From Candidatus Dadabacteria bacterium (lineage in GTDB: Bacteria > Desulfobacterota_D > UBA1144 > Nemesobacterales > CSP1-2), in contig PSLL01000017.1 in assembly GCA_040289575.1 (NCBI GenBank), positions 31,527 through 64,715 on the forward strand: 33,189 bases of DNA, given 5' to 3'. The position numbers and the translations under genes are program-made. The notes below the pieces were generated by a model that saw only the letters and a program-made list of their open reading frames with translations, was not told the DNA's origin and ran no database searches. This document shows, piece by piece, positions 17,119 to 26,601 of the stretch. Within the stretch, counting starts at the first letter, position 1. Each line of letters begins with the position of its first letter.

Positions 17119-18369
17119 TTGATAAAGGATATCTTTAGTAAATGTAGGGAGAAATCTAGCCCTAAAAAATTATTGTCTAAGATATCTCTGGACCAATGGA
17201 TTCTGCTATTGGTTTCTGTCGGATCGTTTCTGCGTTGGGTTAAATTTCCATTATCTGGCGGAATAAGCCCTTTTAATCTTCATTCTCCGATTCTTTTATC
17301 TTGGGGTTTATTATTCTTACCGATAGTAATATTGGCCATAATGGGGATTAGTAGGTGGTTTTTATTTATTCTCTTAATTATGGTTTTTTCCTTCCCTCTA
17401 CAAATTCATTGGGATTATGGATTTATTCAGGATATTGCCTTGGAAACCTTACAGATGAACGATATAAGGCAATTCACTAAGAAGAATGTATTTGAACCCA
17501 ATGTCTTAGACGACACCCCAACAGATATAAACCATCCTGATGTCAGTGATCTCTGGACTGCGCCGTGGTCAAGGGTCACTCTTACTGTAGACTCTTTAGG
17601 AATCGGTTTTTGGATAGTTTTTATAGGGACCGTAATCGTTTCGAGAAAACTCGGAGCAAGGAGAATTACTATTGCTTTGCTTGTTTCCATTACTTTATCT
17701 ATTCCAGGAATTATGACTGCTTCTTTCCTGACATTAGGAAGAAGTGCCTTTCTTGTAGGCAATTACTCCAAGTCGGTAGATATGTATAAGCTCGCTATGA
17801 GAATAGATCAATCCCTTGGAAATAGAACGTTAAATAGGCTAGAGCTATATTACCTATGGTTTGGGGAGAGCCTATTTCATATGGGAGTTAGGGATGAACC
17901 TCAAGTTTATTTCTTTCTTGCAAAAAATCTACAGCAAGTTAGGTCTTTTTCTAAGTCTAGGGAGATGTATTGGGAATCGATGAGCTTACCACCAACGAGA
18001 AGGGCTCTAGCCAAGGCTATGGTGGACGAAGCTATTATGGATATTAAGGAAAAAAGTTTTGGATCGGCTATGGACAGGCTTAATGAAGCATATGGACTAG
18101 ATAGAAATAATTTTGAATCGCTTTTTTATATGGCTTATATCTCTTTTGTTTTAAAAGATCGGAAATCAGCTTCATATTATTCTGGTTTGCTATTTGATAG
18201 TTGTAAAGAAAAACTTTTATTTGCTGATTTGTATAATATTCTTGGTGATACATATAATAAGACAGGAGAGCTTGTAGATTCTAGAAATATGTATATAAAG
18301 TCTGTGGATACCTTTGACAGGGTTAAAAACGGGAACTACCATGCTTGGGTAGGAATTGCCGGGTGGTAA
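17119..18369 (+). CDS. Membrane protein with C-terminal TPR-like repeats
   Basis: Several N-terminal TM segments. Helical repeats LGRSAFLVGNYSKSVDMYKLAMRID and YNILGDTYNKTGELVDSRNMYIKSV. Its stop abuts the next ATG. Confidence 0.65.
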   Translation: MIKDIFSKCREKSSPKKLLSKISLDQWILLLVSVGSFLRWVKFPLSGGISPFNLHSPILLSWGLLFLPIVILAIMGISRWFLFILLIMVFSFPLQIHWDYGFIQDIALETLQMNDIRQFTKKNVFEPNVLDDTPTDINHPDVSDLWTAPWSRVTLTVDSLGIGFWIVFIGTVIVSRKLGARRITIALLVSITLSIPGIMTASFLTLGRSAFLVGNYSKSVDMYKLAMRIDQSLGNRTLNRLELYYLWFGESLFHMGVRDEPQVYFFLAKNLQQVRSFSKSREMYWESMSLPPTRRALAKAMVDEAIMDIKEKSFGSAMDRLNEAYGLDRNNFESLFYMAYISFVLKDRKSASYYSGLLFDSCKEKLLFADLYNILGDTYNKTGELVDSRNMYIKSVDTFDRVKNGNYHAWVGIAGW

Positions 18370-21294
18370 ATGAAATTGAAGAGAATCTCGACGATATTGC
18401 CGATCTTGCTCTTCTCTGCGTTATTTGGATTCTTTTTATGGGAGATTTATGTTGCTTATAATAATTCTGGATATCGTGCCGATTGGCATGGATGGTGGAT
18501 AACCTCATCCAAATTAGAAGGGGATGTATTCTATTTTCGAAAAAAGTTTAATTTATCCAACAACATAAAGAATGCTTGGCTTTTAGTGTCAGCATCGGAC
18601 GAACTTAAGGTGTATTTAAATGGGAAAAATTTAGGGCAGGCAAATCTGGACGGTTGGTTTCCAATAGGTGTTTATGATGTTACTGACACAATCAATTTAG
18701 GCGTTAATGTACTGGCTGTAAGAGTAGATAAAAGGAGTTTTCAGGGTCCTGTTAAAGCGGTAGTTGAACTTGGTTATGAAGATATATATGGAAACAAACA
18801 TTATGTCTTCTCGGATGAGACATGGAAACTTTCAAATAGGGAAGAGAGAAGTTCTCCTTCCGGTCTTTATTGGTACAATTTAGGTTTCAACGATTCTAGC
18901 TGGGTGAATGCCGAAACATTAGGAAGACCTAGAGATCTCTGGTTAAATGTTGATCCTAGGATTTATACCACTTCTGCCAATGGGCTGTGGTTCTGGGCAG
19001 GTAACCAACGGGAGATTTCTTGTCGAACAGATATAGATACCTCTAAAAAACCCGAAACGGCATGGATAAGATTAGCTTCAAAGGGCGGATTTATACTCTC
19101 TGTAAATGGAATGCGAGTAGATGTTCGGGAGAGTGTAATTGGAACGGAAGCAGAAACTGTAACTATACCAAGTAATATTCTGAGAATATATGATATAGGT
19201 CCTTTTTTAAGAAATGGTAATAATATTATATTAGTTACTGTCTATGCCGAAGGCCTGGATCGCGGTCTATATATGGATGGAATAATTGAAGGAGATGGTT
19301 GGAATAAGAAAATAGATGAAACTGGTTTTAAGTGTTTTTATTCAGGAGGATCAATTTCTTTACCAATCTATAAGGGTGACCCTGGCTGGGTTAGTATTAA
19401 AAATAAAAGTGTACTAGACGCATATATACCCTTGGGATTAGACGTTTTATTGTATTCTATATTGATATTTATTTTCTGTATCAGTTCAGTGGTGTTTATA
19501 GGATTTACTTTTGTTATTAGCGCTATAATCCGTTTGCCTTTTCATTATTTATCCAAAACCTATTTTATACCTTCTTTGTTTCTGCTGTTTATATACATTC
19601 TACGTTATGACGTTAGATTCTATGAATCCTTTCCGTTTCAGAGTAGATTTTTAATCCTTTCCCTGTGTTTACTCTTTTTAATTTGGTTGCTTAATCCATT
19701 GATTGATAGGATTAGAGTTAGAGAACTGCCAAAACGGATGCCAGTTATCGTATTTATTTCAATACTTTTAATAGGTGCCTTCTTAAGATTTAAGGGAATA
19801 TCTATAGAGTCCTTACATCCAGATGAGGCTGGTTTTGTGGTAAAAGCTCAAGGGGTTTTAGATTACGGCTATCCCAGCATCAAACTTGCTCCGGAACTTC
19901 CTGCCTGGTATGTATCAACAAGTGAGCTTGTCTCATATTTACAAGCATTGTCTTTTATAGTACTTGGGAAAACTGAATTTGCTCTAAGACTTCAAATGGT
20001 TTTATTTGATGTATCAACTATAGCTCTGCTTTACTACTTTGGTAAGATGATTGGTGGAACGAGGGTTGGCCTATTATCTTCGGCTGTTTATTCTCTGTTG
20101 CCTTCGGCTATAGGGATGAGTAACTTTGGTAGGTATCCATCCCAGTTGGCTTTCTTTGGTTTTTTAACTGGTTTTTTAGCCTTTATCTATTTAAGGACAT
20201 ATAAGCTCAGATACTTATGTCTTTGTGCCCTATCATTTTTGCTAACCTATTTTAGCTGGCAAGGTTCTGCTCTTATGATTCTGCCCTTATTCTTTGCTTG
20301 TATTGTAACGTGGAAGAATGAAAGGATTCTTAAGGATATAGTGCTTTTCCTTTCTATCGTAGTTCCTGTTGTTGCTACTCATCTTTCAATTAGATTTTTA
20401 GAACAGATCCTGATACCTGGTTATTTCTTTGGTCCCAGTGTTTCTTCACTCACTCCAGAACCGATGATTTTATCTCCAGCCTATGACCCCTTCTATTATA
20501 TACCGAACTTTTTCTTTATAGAGAGCCATCAATTTATATCAATTCTATTCTTCGCTGGTATTCCATTGGTATCTATAAAATATAAGACATATAAAAACTT
20601 GCTATTTCTATATCCAATCCCACTCCTGACCCCTTTTGTTATGTCTAACCTATTAGAAATTTCTGATTACAGGTATGCGTATTATCTCCTTCCGTATCTA
20701 GTTCTTTGCGCTTGTGGGTTTTTTTTTGTGTTTCTCGACTATCTGGGATGTAACAAAGAGGGTAGATCCATAAGCTTTATTAACTACATCTTTGCATCCA
20801 TTATGTTAGTGGTCGTCTCGTCCAATTTATTTCTTAATCTCAAAAATTTCCCAAATATTACAGACGGCCTAAAAAGCGATCCGAGTCTTAGATATTTCCC
20901 TGAAACGGAAAAATTAGTGCGGTTTATGAAAGCAAATATGGAACCGGGGGATATAGTTGTATCGTACCAGCCTCATTTACTTGAATACTATTTCAATAAA
21001 ACTGGTTATTCAGGTAAAGCGGATTATTTTTTTGAAAGTAGACTCTTACTTCCTGTGGTAATCCTCCAGCGGAATTCAACTTTTATCCCTATACATAGAA
21101 TAAGTGGAAACAGAGCTATCCTATCACTAAACGAACTCAAAAGAATTATCGGTGCTGGCAAAGGAAAGATATGGATCGTTGCAACACCGGATGTTTCCGG
21201 CATGTTAGATGAAGATAGCCAGGAGTTTATGAAAGGTACATTGGTCGTTTTTGAGAGGTATAAGGCCACAGTTTATTTAATAGGAGGTGGATAG
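18370..21294 (+). CDS. GT-C (ArnT/PMT-like) glycosyltransferase with two N-terminal galactose-binding-like (CBM67/rhamnosidase N-terminal-like) domains
   Basis: YFRKKFNL..AWLLVSASD..VYLNG..YDVT..GVNVLAV, repeated as AWIRLAS..LSVNG..YDIG..GNNIILV. Then LRF..SLHPDEA, GKTEFALRL, RYAYYLLP and many TM helices. Confidence 0.72.
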   Translation: MKLKRISTILPILLFSALFGFFLWEIYVAYNNSGYRADWHGWWITSSKLEGDVFYFRKKFNLSNNIKNAWLLVSASDELKVYLNGKNLGQANLDGWFPIGVYDVTDTINLGVNVLAVRVDKRSFQGPVKAVVELGYEDIYGNKHYVFSDETWKLSNREERSSPSGLYWYNLGFNDSSWVNAETLGRPRDLWLNVDPRIYTTSANGLWFWAGNQREISCRTDIDTSKKPETAWIRLASKGGFILSVNGMRVDVRESVIGTEAETVTIPSNILRIYDIGPFLRNGNNIILVTVYAEGLDRGLYMDGIIEGDGWNKKIDETGFKCFYSGGSISLPIYKGDPGWVSIKNKSVLDAYIPLGLDVLLYSILIFIFCISSVVFIGFTFVISAIIRLPFHYLSKTYFIPSLFLLFIYILRYDVRFYESFPFQSRFLILSLCLLFLIWLLNPLIDRIRVRELPKRMPVIVFISILLIGAFLRFKGISIESLHPDEAGFVVKAQGVLDYGYPSIKLAPELPAWYVSTSELVSYLQALSFIVLGKTEFALRLQMVLFDVSTIALLYYFGKMIGGTRVGLLSSAVYSLLPSAIGMSNFGRYPSQLAFFGFLTGFLAFIYLRTYKLRYLCLCALSFLLTYFSWQGSALMILPLFFACIVTWKNERILKDIVLFLSIVVPVVATHLSIRFLEQILIPGYFFGPSVSSLTPEPMILSPAYDPFYYIPNFFFIESHQFISILFFAGIPLVSIKYKTYKNLLFLYPIPLLTPFVMSNLLEISDYRYAYYLLPYLVLCACGFFFVFLDYLGCNKEGRSISFINYIFASIMLVVVSSNLFLNLKNFPNITDGLKSDPSLRYFPETEKLVRFMKANMEPGDIVVSYQPHLLEYYFNKTGYSGKADYFFESRLLLPVVILQRNSTFIPIHRISGNRAILSLNELKRIIGAGKGKIWIVATPDVSGMLDEDSQEFMKGTLVVFERYKATVYLIGGG

Positions 21295-21364
21295 AGCAGT
21301 ACAAACAAATCCTTATATAGAACTCCAGGTACTGATTTAGTATTAGGAACATGTTCTATCAAGA

Positions 21365-21379
21365 TGGCAATTTTTGTTA
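21365..21379 (+). promoter_or_regulatory. Candidate enhancer box TGGCAATTTTTGTTA
   Basis: Similar to the 15551 and 27615 boxes, about 117 bp upstream of the sigma54 site at 21496. Confidence 0.4.
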
Positions 21380-21495
21380 TATGGATCGCGGACTTTGCAT
21401 TTAACGTTAGCTTATCTCGGCTTATAATTCGGGAGGAGTTTGAAATCTTTCATCTTTTCAGCCAGTTGCATTCCAGGTTAGTTTCCTTTCTCTTT

Positions 21496-21511
21496 TGGTA
21501 TGCAACTTGCT
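21496..21511 (+). promoter_or_regulatory. sigma54 -24/-12 promoter
   Basis: TGGTAT-GCAAC-TTGCT has correct GG-N10-GC spacing, about 100 bp upstream of the GT4 start. Confidence 0.72.
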
Positions 21512-21607
21512 CGAAAAGGAATTAAGTCACCAGGGAAATTAGAGTTTGTATAAAAGTCAAAAAGCAGTAATAATACTGAGCTCACTTACAGAAGCTGTGA
21601 GGGGTAA

Positions 21608-22789
21608 ATGAAACTCAATATTCTTCATGTAGTGGCGACGCCCTTTCCTGCGAATCAGGGGACGGCAGCAGCCGTAAAAGAGCTTATCAATGCCCTGGTT
21701 AAAAGGGGGCACGAGATACATATAGTTACCTACTATCAGGGAGAGGATACCCCTATTCCCGGTGTTTATATACACCGTATCCCGAGCCTTGGTGGAAGGC
21801 GGAATGAGAGCTTTGTCGGTTTTACAAAGAAAAGACCGCTATTAGACCTTGCCCTTGCTCTTAAAACCCTTCAGGTGGTCCGTAGGGTTCGTCCTCATGT
21901 CATTCATGCCCATCATCATGAGGGTGTTATGGCAGCTTTCTTATCAAGGATTATAAGTAAAATTCCTTTGATATATCACTGTGTGGCCTCTATGGAACAG
22001 GAGCTTCCTTTATTTGTAAGGCCCTCATTTCTTTTACAGAGAATTGGAAAATTATTGGACACTTTTGTTCCACGGCTTGCCGATTACTGTGTGGCTTTAT
22101 CTCCCGATTTGGTGGACAATATTGGTATGACTGGTTTTCCCCCTGAGAAGACATTTTATCTACCTATGGTAGTAGATACATCCCTGTTTAGGGAGGGGAG
22201 TGGAGAAAAATTTCGAGATAGATATAGATTGGCAAATAACAATATAATACTATATACTGGTGTAGTAGATGAGTTCCAAGGCCTTGGTAATCTGCTGAAG
22301 TCTATGACTATTGTGACAAAAGAGGTACCTTCTGCTAAACTCATCATTGCTGCTACCATATTCAATGTAAATCAGATAAAAAAATACAGAGCCTTGGTAC
22401 AGGAGCTTGGTTTAGAAAATTTTGTGATGTTTTTAGAGGATTTTCCATTTAGTGAACTTCCCAATTTATTGGCCGTAGCGGACGTTACAGTTATACCAAG
22501 AGAAAAGTGTCCAGGCTTTCCTATGAAACTACTAAACTATATGGCTGCTGGAAAGCCGATAGTGTCTATGAGGGGATCAGCTAAGATTTTACGGGAAGGG
22601 AAAAATGGATTAATAGCAGATACATGGGAAGAATTAGGAGAGAAAATTCTCGTCCTTCTTAAAGACAAGGATCTATCGCAAAGACTCGGAAGGGCGGGAA
22701 AGTTGGAGTTGGACAGATTCGCACCCGATGTAGTGGCCGAAAAGATGGAGCGGGTCTATATCTCCTTGGTTAGACATAATAATTTCTGA
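21608..22789 (+). CDS. GT4-family glycosyltransferase (GT-B fold)
   Basis: ALVKRGHEIHIVT, IHAHH, ILYTG....QG, ADVTVIP..GFPMKLLNYMAAGKPIV. Confidence 0.9.
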   Translation: MKLNILHVVATPFPANQGTAAAVKELINALVKRGHEIHIVTYYQGEDTPIPGVYIHRIPSLGGRRNESFVGFTKKRPLLDLALALKTLQVVRRVRPHVIHAHHHEGVMAAFLSRIISKIPLIYHCVASMEQELPLFVRPSFLLQRIGKLLDTFVPRLADYCVALSPDLVDNIGMTGFPPEKTFYLPMVVDTSLFREGSGEKFRDRYRLANNNIILYTGVVDEFQGLGNLLKSMTIVTKEVPSAKLIIAATIFNVNQIKKYRALVQELGLENFVMFLEDFPFSELPNLLAVADVTVIPREKCPGFPMKLLNYMAAGKPIVSMRGSAKILREGKNGLIADTWEELGEKILVLLKDKDLSQRLGRAGKLELDRFAPDVVAEKMERVYISLVRHNNF

Positions 22790-22975
22790 TTTTTGCATTT
22801 CATAGAAATAAGGGCTATGGGTCGCCGGATTAATGTTATCTTGACTTGAAATTAGGAGAAGCTCTAAATCTTTCAATAGGTTCACCCTTAAATTGATCTC
22901 TTTGTCTTTCTAAAACACATAAGGGAAGGTGGGATGGAGGCCTAATTTAGAAAACCGATTTGGAGACGTCACGGA

Positions 22976-24697
22976 ATGAGAGATGGCAAAAGTTTATTTA
23001 TCTTAGGGATAGACGGTGGAACCTTTGATGTAGTTCTACCTATGATAAGGAACGGGGAACTTCCTACATTGAACCGTCTTATGAAAGAGGGGGTTTATGG
23101 AGAGCTTAACTCTACCCTCCCTCCCATGACTCCACCCGCCTGGTCGTCCTTTGCCACCGGGCTTAATCCCGGAAAACACGGAGTATATGACTTTACAGAG
23201 CGTGTTCCCGGAACCTATTCCGTAAGGTTTGTCAATGCCTCCATGAGGCACGGCAAGAACATATGGACGATTGCAAGCGAATTCGGCAAAAGGGTTGCCG
23301 TTATGGCTGTTCCCTTTACGTATCCGCCGGACAGGGTAAACGGTGTTATGATAAGCGGGATTGATGCCCCGGGCGGAGCTAAAAGCGACCCAAGGGTTAT
23401 TATGTATCCTCCACATCTATACGATGAGCTGATTAAGAACGTGGGTCCCTATATAATTACATCGAGTCCCGTTAAATATATATACGGGGGGGATATGAAA
23501 TTGGCCCTAGATAGGATTCTTGAGGCTGTGGAAAGGAAGGGAGATACGGCCAAGTATCTGATTCAAAAGGATAACTGGGACCTTTTTATAATGGTCTTTG
23601 GGGAGACAGACCTCGTAGGGCACCACTTTTGGAAATATCATGACCCTAACTCTCCATTTTATGAGAGAACCCTTCCTGAGATCAATGATGCCGTAAGGAC
23701 TGTATATGGAACAATAGATAGAAAAATAGGAGAGATGCTGAGCCTATTTCCCAATGATGCATCGGTTATGGTAGTCTCCGACCATGGATTCGGTGGGAAT
23801 GGCGATGTTGTGATTCACTTAAATAGGGTTTTAGAAGAAATGGGCTTTCTTAGATTCAAGGGCTTTGCCAGTGCGGAGTATATATCCGCCCTTATTCTCG
23901 ATAGGGTTAAAAAGATGGGACTAAAGCTGACCCCCCAAATTATGAGAAGAGAACTAATCAAAAAACAGCGGGGCGGCATAGTGAACAAGATGGAGTCCTG
24001 GCTCCGTTTTTCTCTTATAGATTGGTCTCAAACCCTGGCATATTCAGAAGAGACTCCCTACTTCCCTTTGATATGGATAAACCTTAAGGGCAGAGAACCA
24101 AAAGGGATAGTTTCTCCAGGCGCTGAGTATGAGAGGGTAAGAGAAGACATTATAAGAAGATTGGCTGCCTTAAAAGACCCATTTACGGGAACCCCTGTAG
24201 TTAAGGCCGCATATAAAAGAGAGGAGATATACACAGGCCCTTATGTTGAGAAGGCCCCAGATATAATAATAGACTGGAATAATCCGAATGGATATTCCTA
24301 TATGAGCAGATCGAGTCTCTATTCAAAAAACAAGGGTTCGATAAGACGCTTTACGAAGGAGGAGATGAAATCTGATGGATTCAGAAATAAAAGCGGCAAT
24401 CATCGTCAATACGGAATATTCATAGCCTGCGGTGGTGTATTTGAAAAGGGGAAGTCTATAGAGGGGGCACAGATAATTGACATAGCCCCTACGGCTCTAT
24501 ATATACAGGGAATACCGATTCCTAAGACCATGGATGGCAGGGTTCTAACCCAGGCGATCTCTCCTGAGTTTCTTGCAAACCACGATCCCGTTTTTTCAGA
24601 GGATATTAATGAGGATGGTGCCGATGCTCATCCCTATACAGAAGAGGAGAGCGAAATTATACGGAGAAGACTGAAAGACCTTGGTTACCTGGAGTAA
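22976..24697 (+). CDS. AlkP-superfamily (NPP-like, COG3379-type) enzyme, paralog 2
   Basis: ILGIDGGT, STLPPMTPPAWSSFATGLNPGKHGVYDF, DLVGHHFW, VSDHG, SGNH, C-terminal YTEEESEIIRRRLKDLGYLE. Confidence 0.88.
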   Translation: MRDGKSLFILGIDGGTFDVVLPMIRNGELPTLNRLMKEGVYGELNSTLPPMTPPAWSSFATGLNPGKHGVYDFTERVPGTYSVRFVNASMRHGKNIWTIASEFGKRVAVMAVPFTYPPDRVNGVMISGIDAPGGAKSDPRVIMYPPHLYDELIKNVGPYIITSSPVKYIYGGDMKLALDRILEAVERKGDTAKYLIQKDNWDLFIMVFGETDLVGHHFWKYHDPNSPFYERTLPEINDAVRTVYGTIDRKIGEMLSLFPNDASVMVVSDHGFGGNGDVVIHLNRVLEEMGFLRFKGFASAEYISALILDRVKKMGLKLTPQIMRRELIKKQRGGIVNKMESWLRFSLIDWSQTLAYSEETPYFPLIWINLKGREPKGIVSPGAEYERVREDIIRRLAALKDPFTGTPVVKAAYKREEIYTGPYVEKAPDIIIDWNNPNGYSYMSRSSLYSKNKGSIRRFTKEEMKSDGFRNKSGNHRQYGIFIACGGVFEKGKSIEGAQIIDIAPTALYIQGIPIPKTMDGRVLTQAISPEFLANHDPVFSEDINEDGADAHPYTEEESEIIRRRLKDLGYLE

Positions 24698-24739
24698 TGT
24701 ATTGAGCATTTACTAAAATCAATACAGAGAGTGTAGGAG

Positions 24740-25927
24740 ATGAAAAGGAAAAAGATTGTAATTTCTCTATTCATAATCTCTCTGGCAATTCTCGTGCTCG
24801 TCATATTTTTGTTTGTTAAGGTTGGATTATTAGAAAAGCTTCCTCAAAGTCCACTTATAGCCCGTATTTTGAGGCTGCCTATTCCCATATACGTCGTTCC
24901 TGTAGTCAAAGAAGATTCAACAAGATTTATAGGAGCCAATGCCACCTCTGAATCGTCTATTGTAGTGCAGGTTTCTTTTCCCTCACTGGAGATTGGATCA
25001 AAATTGAGAGTTGCGAAGATATTTGTAAAAGTCAGCGATCAGGTTAAGAAAGGACAGTTGCTGGCGATTCTAGAGAATGTGTCTCTTCAAGAAGACGTAA
25101 AGAGGTTTCAGGAGAATCTCCCTCTTATCAGTTCCAAGATCGAGACGGCTAAGGAGAATGTGGAAGAGAAGAAGAAATACTTTTCCACGGTGCAGGATTT
25201 GTTCTTGAAGGGATTTGCCACTAAGATTGAGCTAGAGTCCGTCAGGAATACGCTGGTGCAGGCCGAGGTAGATCTGCGGAACTACGAACAACAGATGATA
25301 GACACGAGGTCTCTTCTTAATAGAACTTCGTCGAGCTTTAACGAGTTAAAGGTGTTATCGCCTATGGACGGAGTGGTTCTCGAAAAAAAGGTAGAAGAGG
25401 GGGATGTAAGCTCGGTCGGCGGAACCCCTATGTTTTCTATTGGACAATTATCCCCCATCTACGTGGTTGCTAATGTATCCCAAGAGGATAAGGATGGTGT
25501 ATATCTGGGACAGGAGGCTGAGGTTTCATTTAACTATTTGCCGGGAAGGGCCTTCAAAGGAAAGGTAGTAAGGATAGACCCTACTGTAGATGTTAAGACT
25601 CAGACCTTTGAGGTACGCGTATCTATACCAAATGAAAATAGGCAATTTGTGCCTGGTTCAGCCGCCTTTGTCAGGTTCAGTGCGAAATCAAAGGCTTTAG
25701 TTATTCCTAGACTCGCAGTAGTAGGAAGGAGTGATGAACCGGCAGTTTTCGTAGTCGAAGATGGCAGAGCATATCTTAGGAAGGTAATTTTAGGCATGGC
25801 TTTTCCTCCCAACAAACTGGAGGTAATTAGGGGTCTGAGCGAGGGGGAGAGGGTCGCTAGTTTTAACCTTAAATACCTGAGCAACGGCTCCCGCGTCCTG
25901 ACTCTGAATGATGAGAAGAAGCAGTAA
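24740..25927 (+). CDS. Membrane fusion protein / periplasmic adaptor (HlyD/RND-MFP family)
   Basis: N-terminal TM anchor, lipoyl-like VKVSDQVKKGQLL, coiled-coil hairpin, SPMDGVV..VEEGD, GKVVRIDPTVD..TQTFEVR, GLSEGERV. Confidence 0.9.
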   Translation: MKRKKIVISLFIISLAILVLVIFLFVKVGLLEKLPQSPLIARILRLPIPIYVVPVVKEDSTRFIGANATSESSIVVQVSFPSLEIGSKLRVAKIFVKVSDQVKKGQLLAILENVSLQEDVKRFQENLPLISSKIETAKENVEEKKKYFSTVQDLFLKGFATKIELESVRNTLVQAEVDLRNYEQQMIDTRSLLNRTSSSFNELKVLSPMDGVVLEKKVEEGDVSSVGGTPMFSIGQLSPIYVVANVSQEDKDGVYLGQEAEVSFNYLPGRAFKGKVVRIDPTVDVKTQTFEVRVSIPNENRQFVPGSAAFVRFSAKSKALVIPRLAVVGRSDEPAVFVVEDGRAYLRKVILGMAFPPNKLEVIRGLSEGERVASFNLKYLSNGSRVLTLNDEKKQ

Positions 25928-25964
25928 TTGGTGGAAAGGACTATGCGGCTTGTACCGGATAATC

Positions 25965-26531
25965 TCATAACGCAGTCTTCAATCTTTTTGTCCTTTTTAC
26001 CCTTTCTGCGGGGACATATCCCAGCCCTATCAGGCCATTGATGATCTTATCAAGGCTCTCCTGTGGGGTCTCCTTATGAGTCTCAACCACTATCTCTGGA
26101 TTTAAGGGCTCTTCATAAGGATCTGAGATCCCCGTGAAGTTCTTAATCTCTCCCTTTATAGCCTTTTTATACAGCCCTTTTACATCCCTTCTTATACACT
26201 CCTCTAAATCGCATTTTACATATACCTCGACAAATCTTCCGATCTCCTCTCTAGCCTCATTTCTTATTTCACGATACGGAGATATAGCACATGTTATAGC
26301 AACCGCTCCACACCTCGTTACAACCTTAGCCACATAGGCGATTCTCCGTATATTTTCATCTCTATCTTCTTTTGAAAATCCCAATCCCTTCGAGAGCCTT
26401 AACCTTACTTCATCTCCATCCAGTACCTCTACATGGAATCCTCTCTCTTTCAACACATTCTCAAGCATCCTTGCCAGTGTGCTCTTCCCAGAACTTGGCA
26501 GTCCAGTAAACCAGACGGTAAATCCATTCAT
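25965..26531 (-). CDS. cysC: Adenylyl-sulfate (APS) kinase
   Basis: [61 protein letters not shown] 26531 follows AGGAGAGG. Confidence 0.96.
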   Translation of the reverse strand: MNGFTVWFTGLPSSGKSTLARMLENVLKERGFHVEVLDGDEVRLRLSKGLGFSKEDRDENIRRIAYVAKVVTRCGAVAITCAISPYREIRNEAREEIGRFVEVYVKCDLEECIRRDVKGLYKKAIKGEIKNFTGISDPYEEPLNPEIVVETHKETPQESLDKIINGLIGLGYVPAERVKRTKRLKTAL

Positions 26532-26601
26532 ATCTTCCTCTCCTTTGTTTATTGTTTCTTCTAAGTATAAGGCATTTTCCCCCTTTTTGTTTTTCTCTAA
26601 A

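Noticed and set aside
20719..20727. T9 tract in the GT-C gene (and G7 at 23486-23492) as phase-variation sites
   Set aside because: Short tracts in intact frames; T runs are expected in Phe-rich TM segments.
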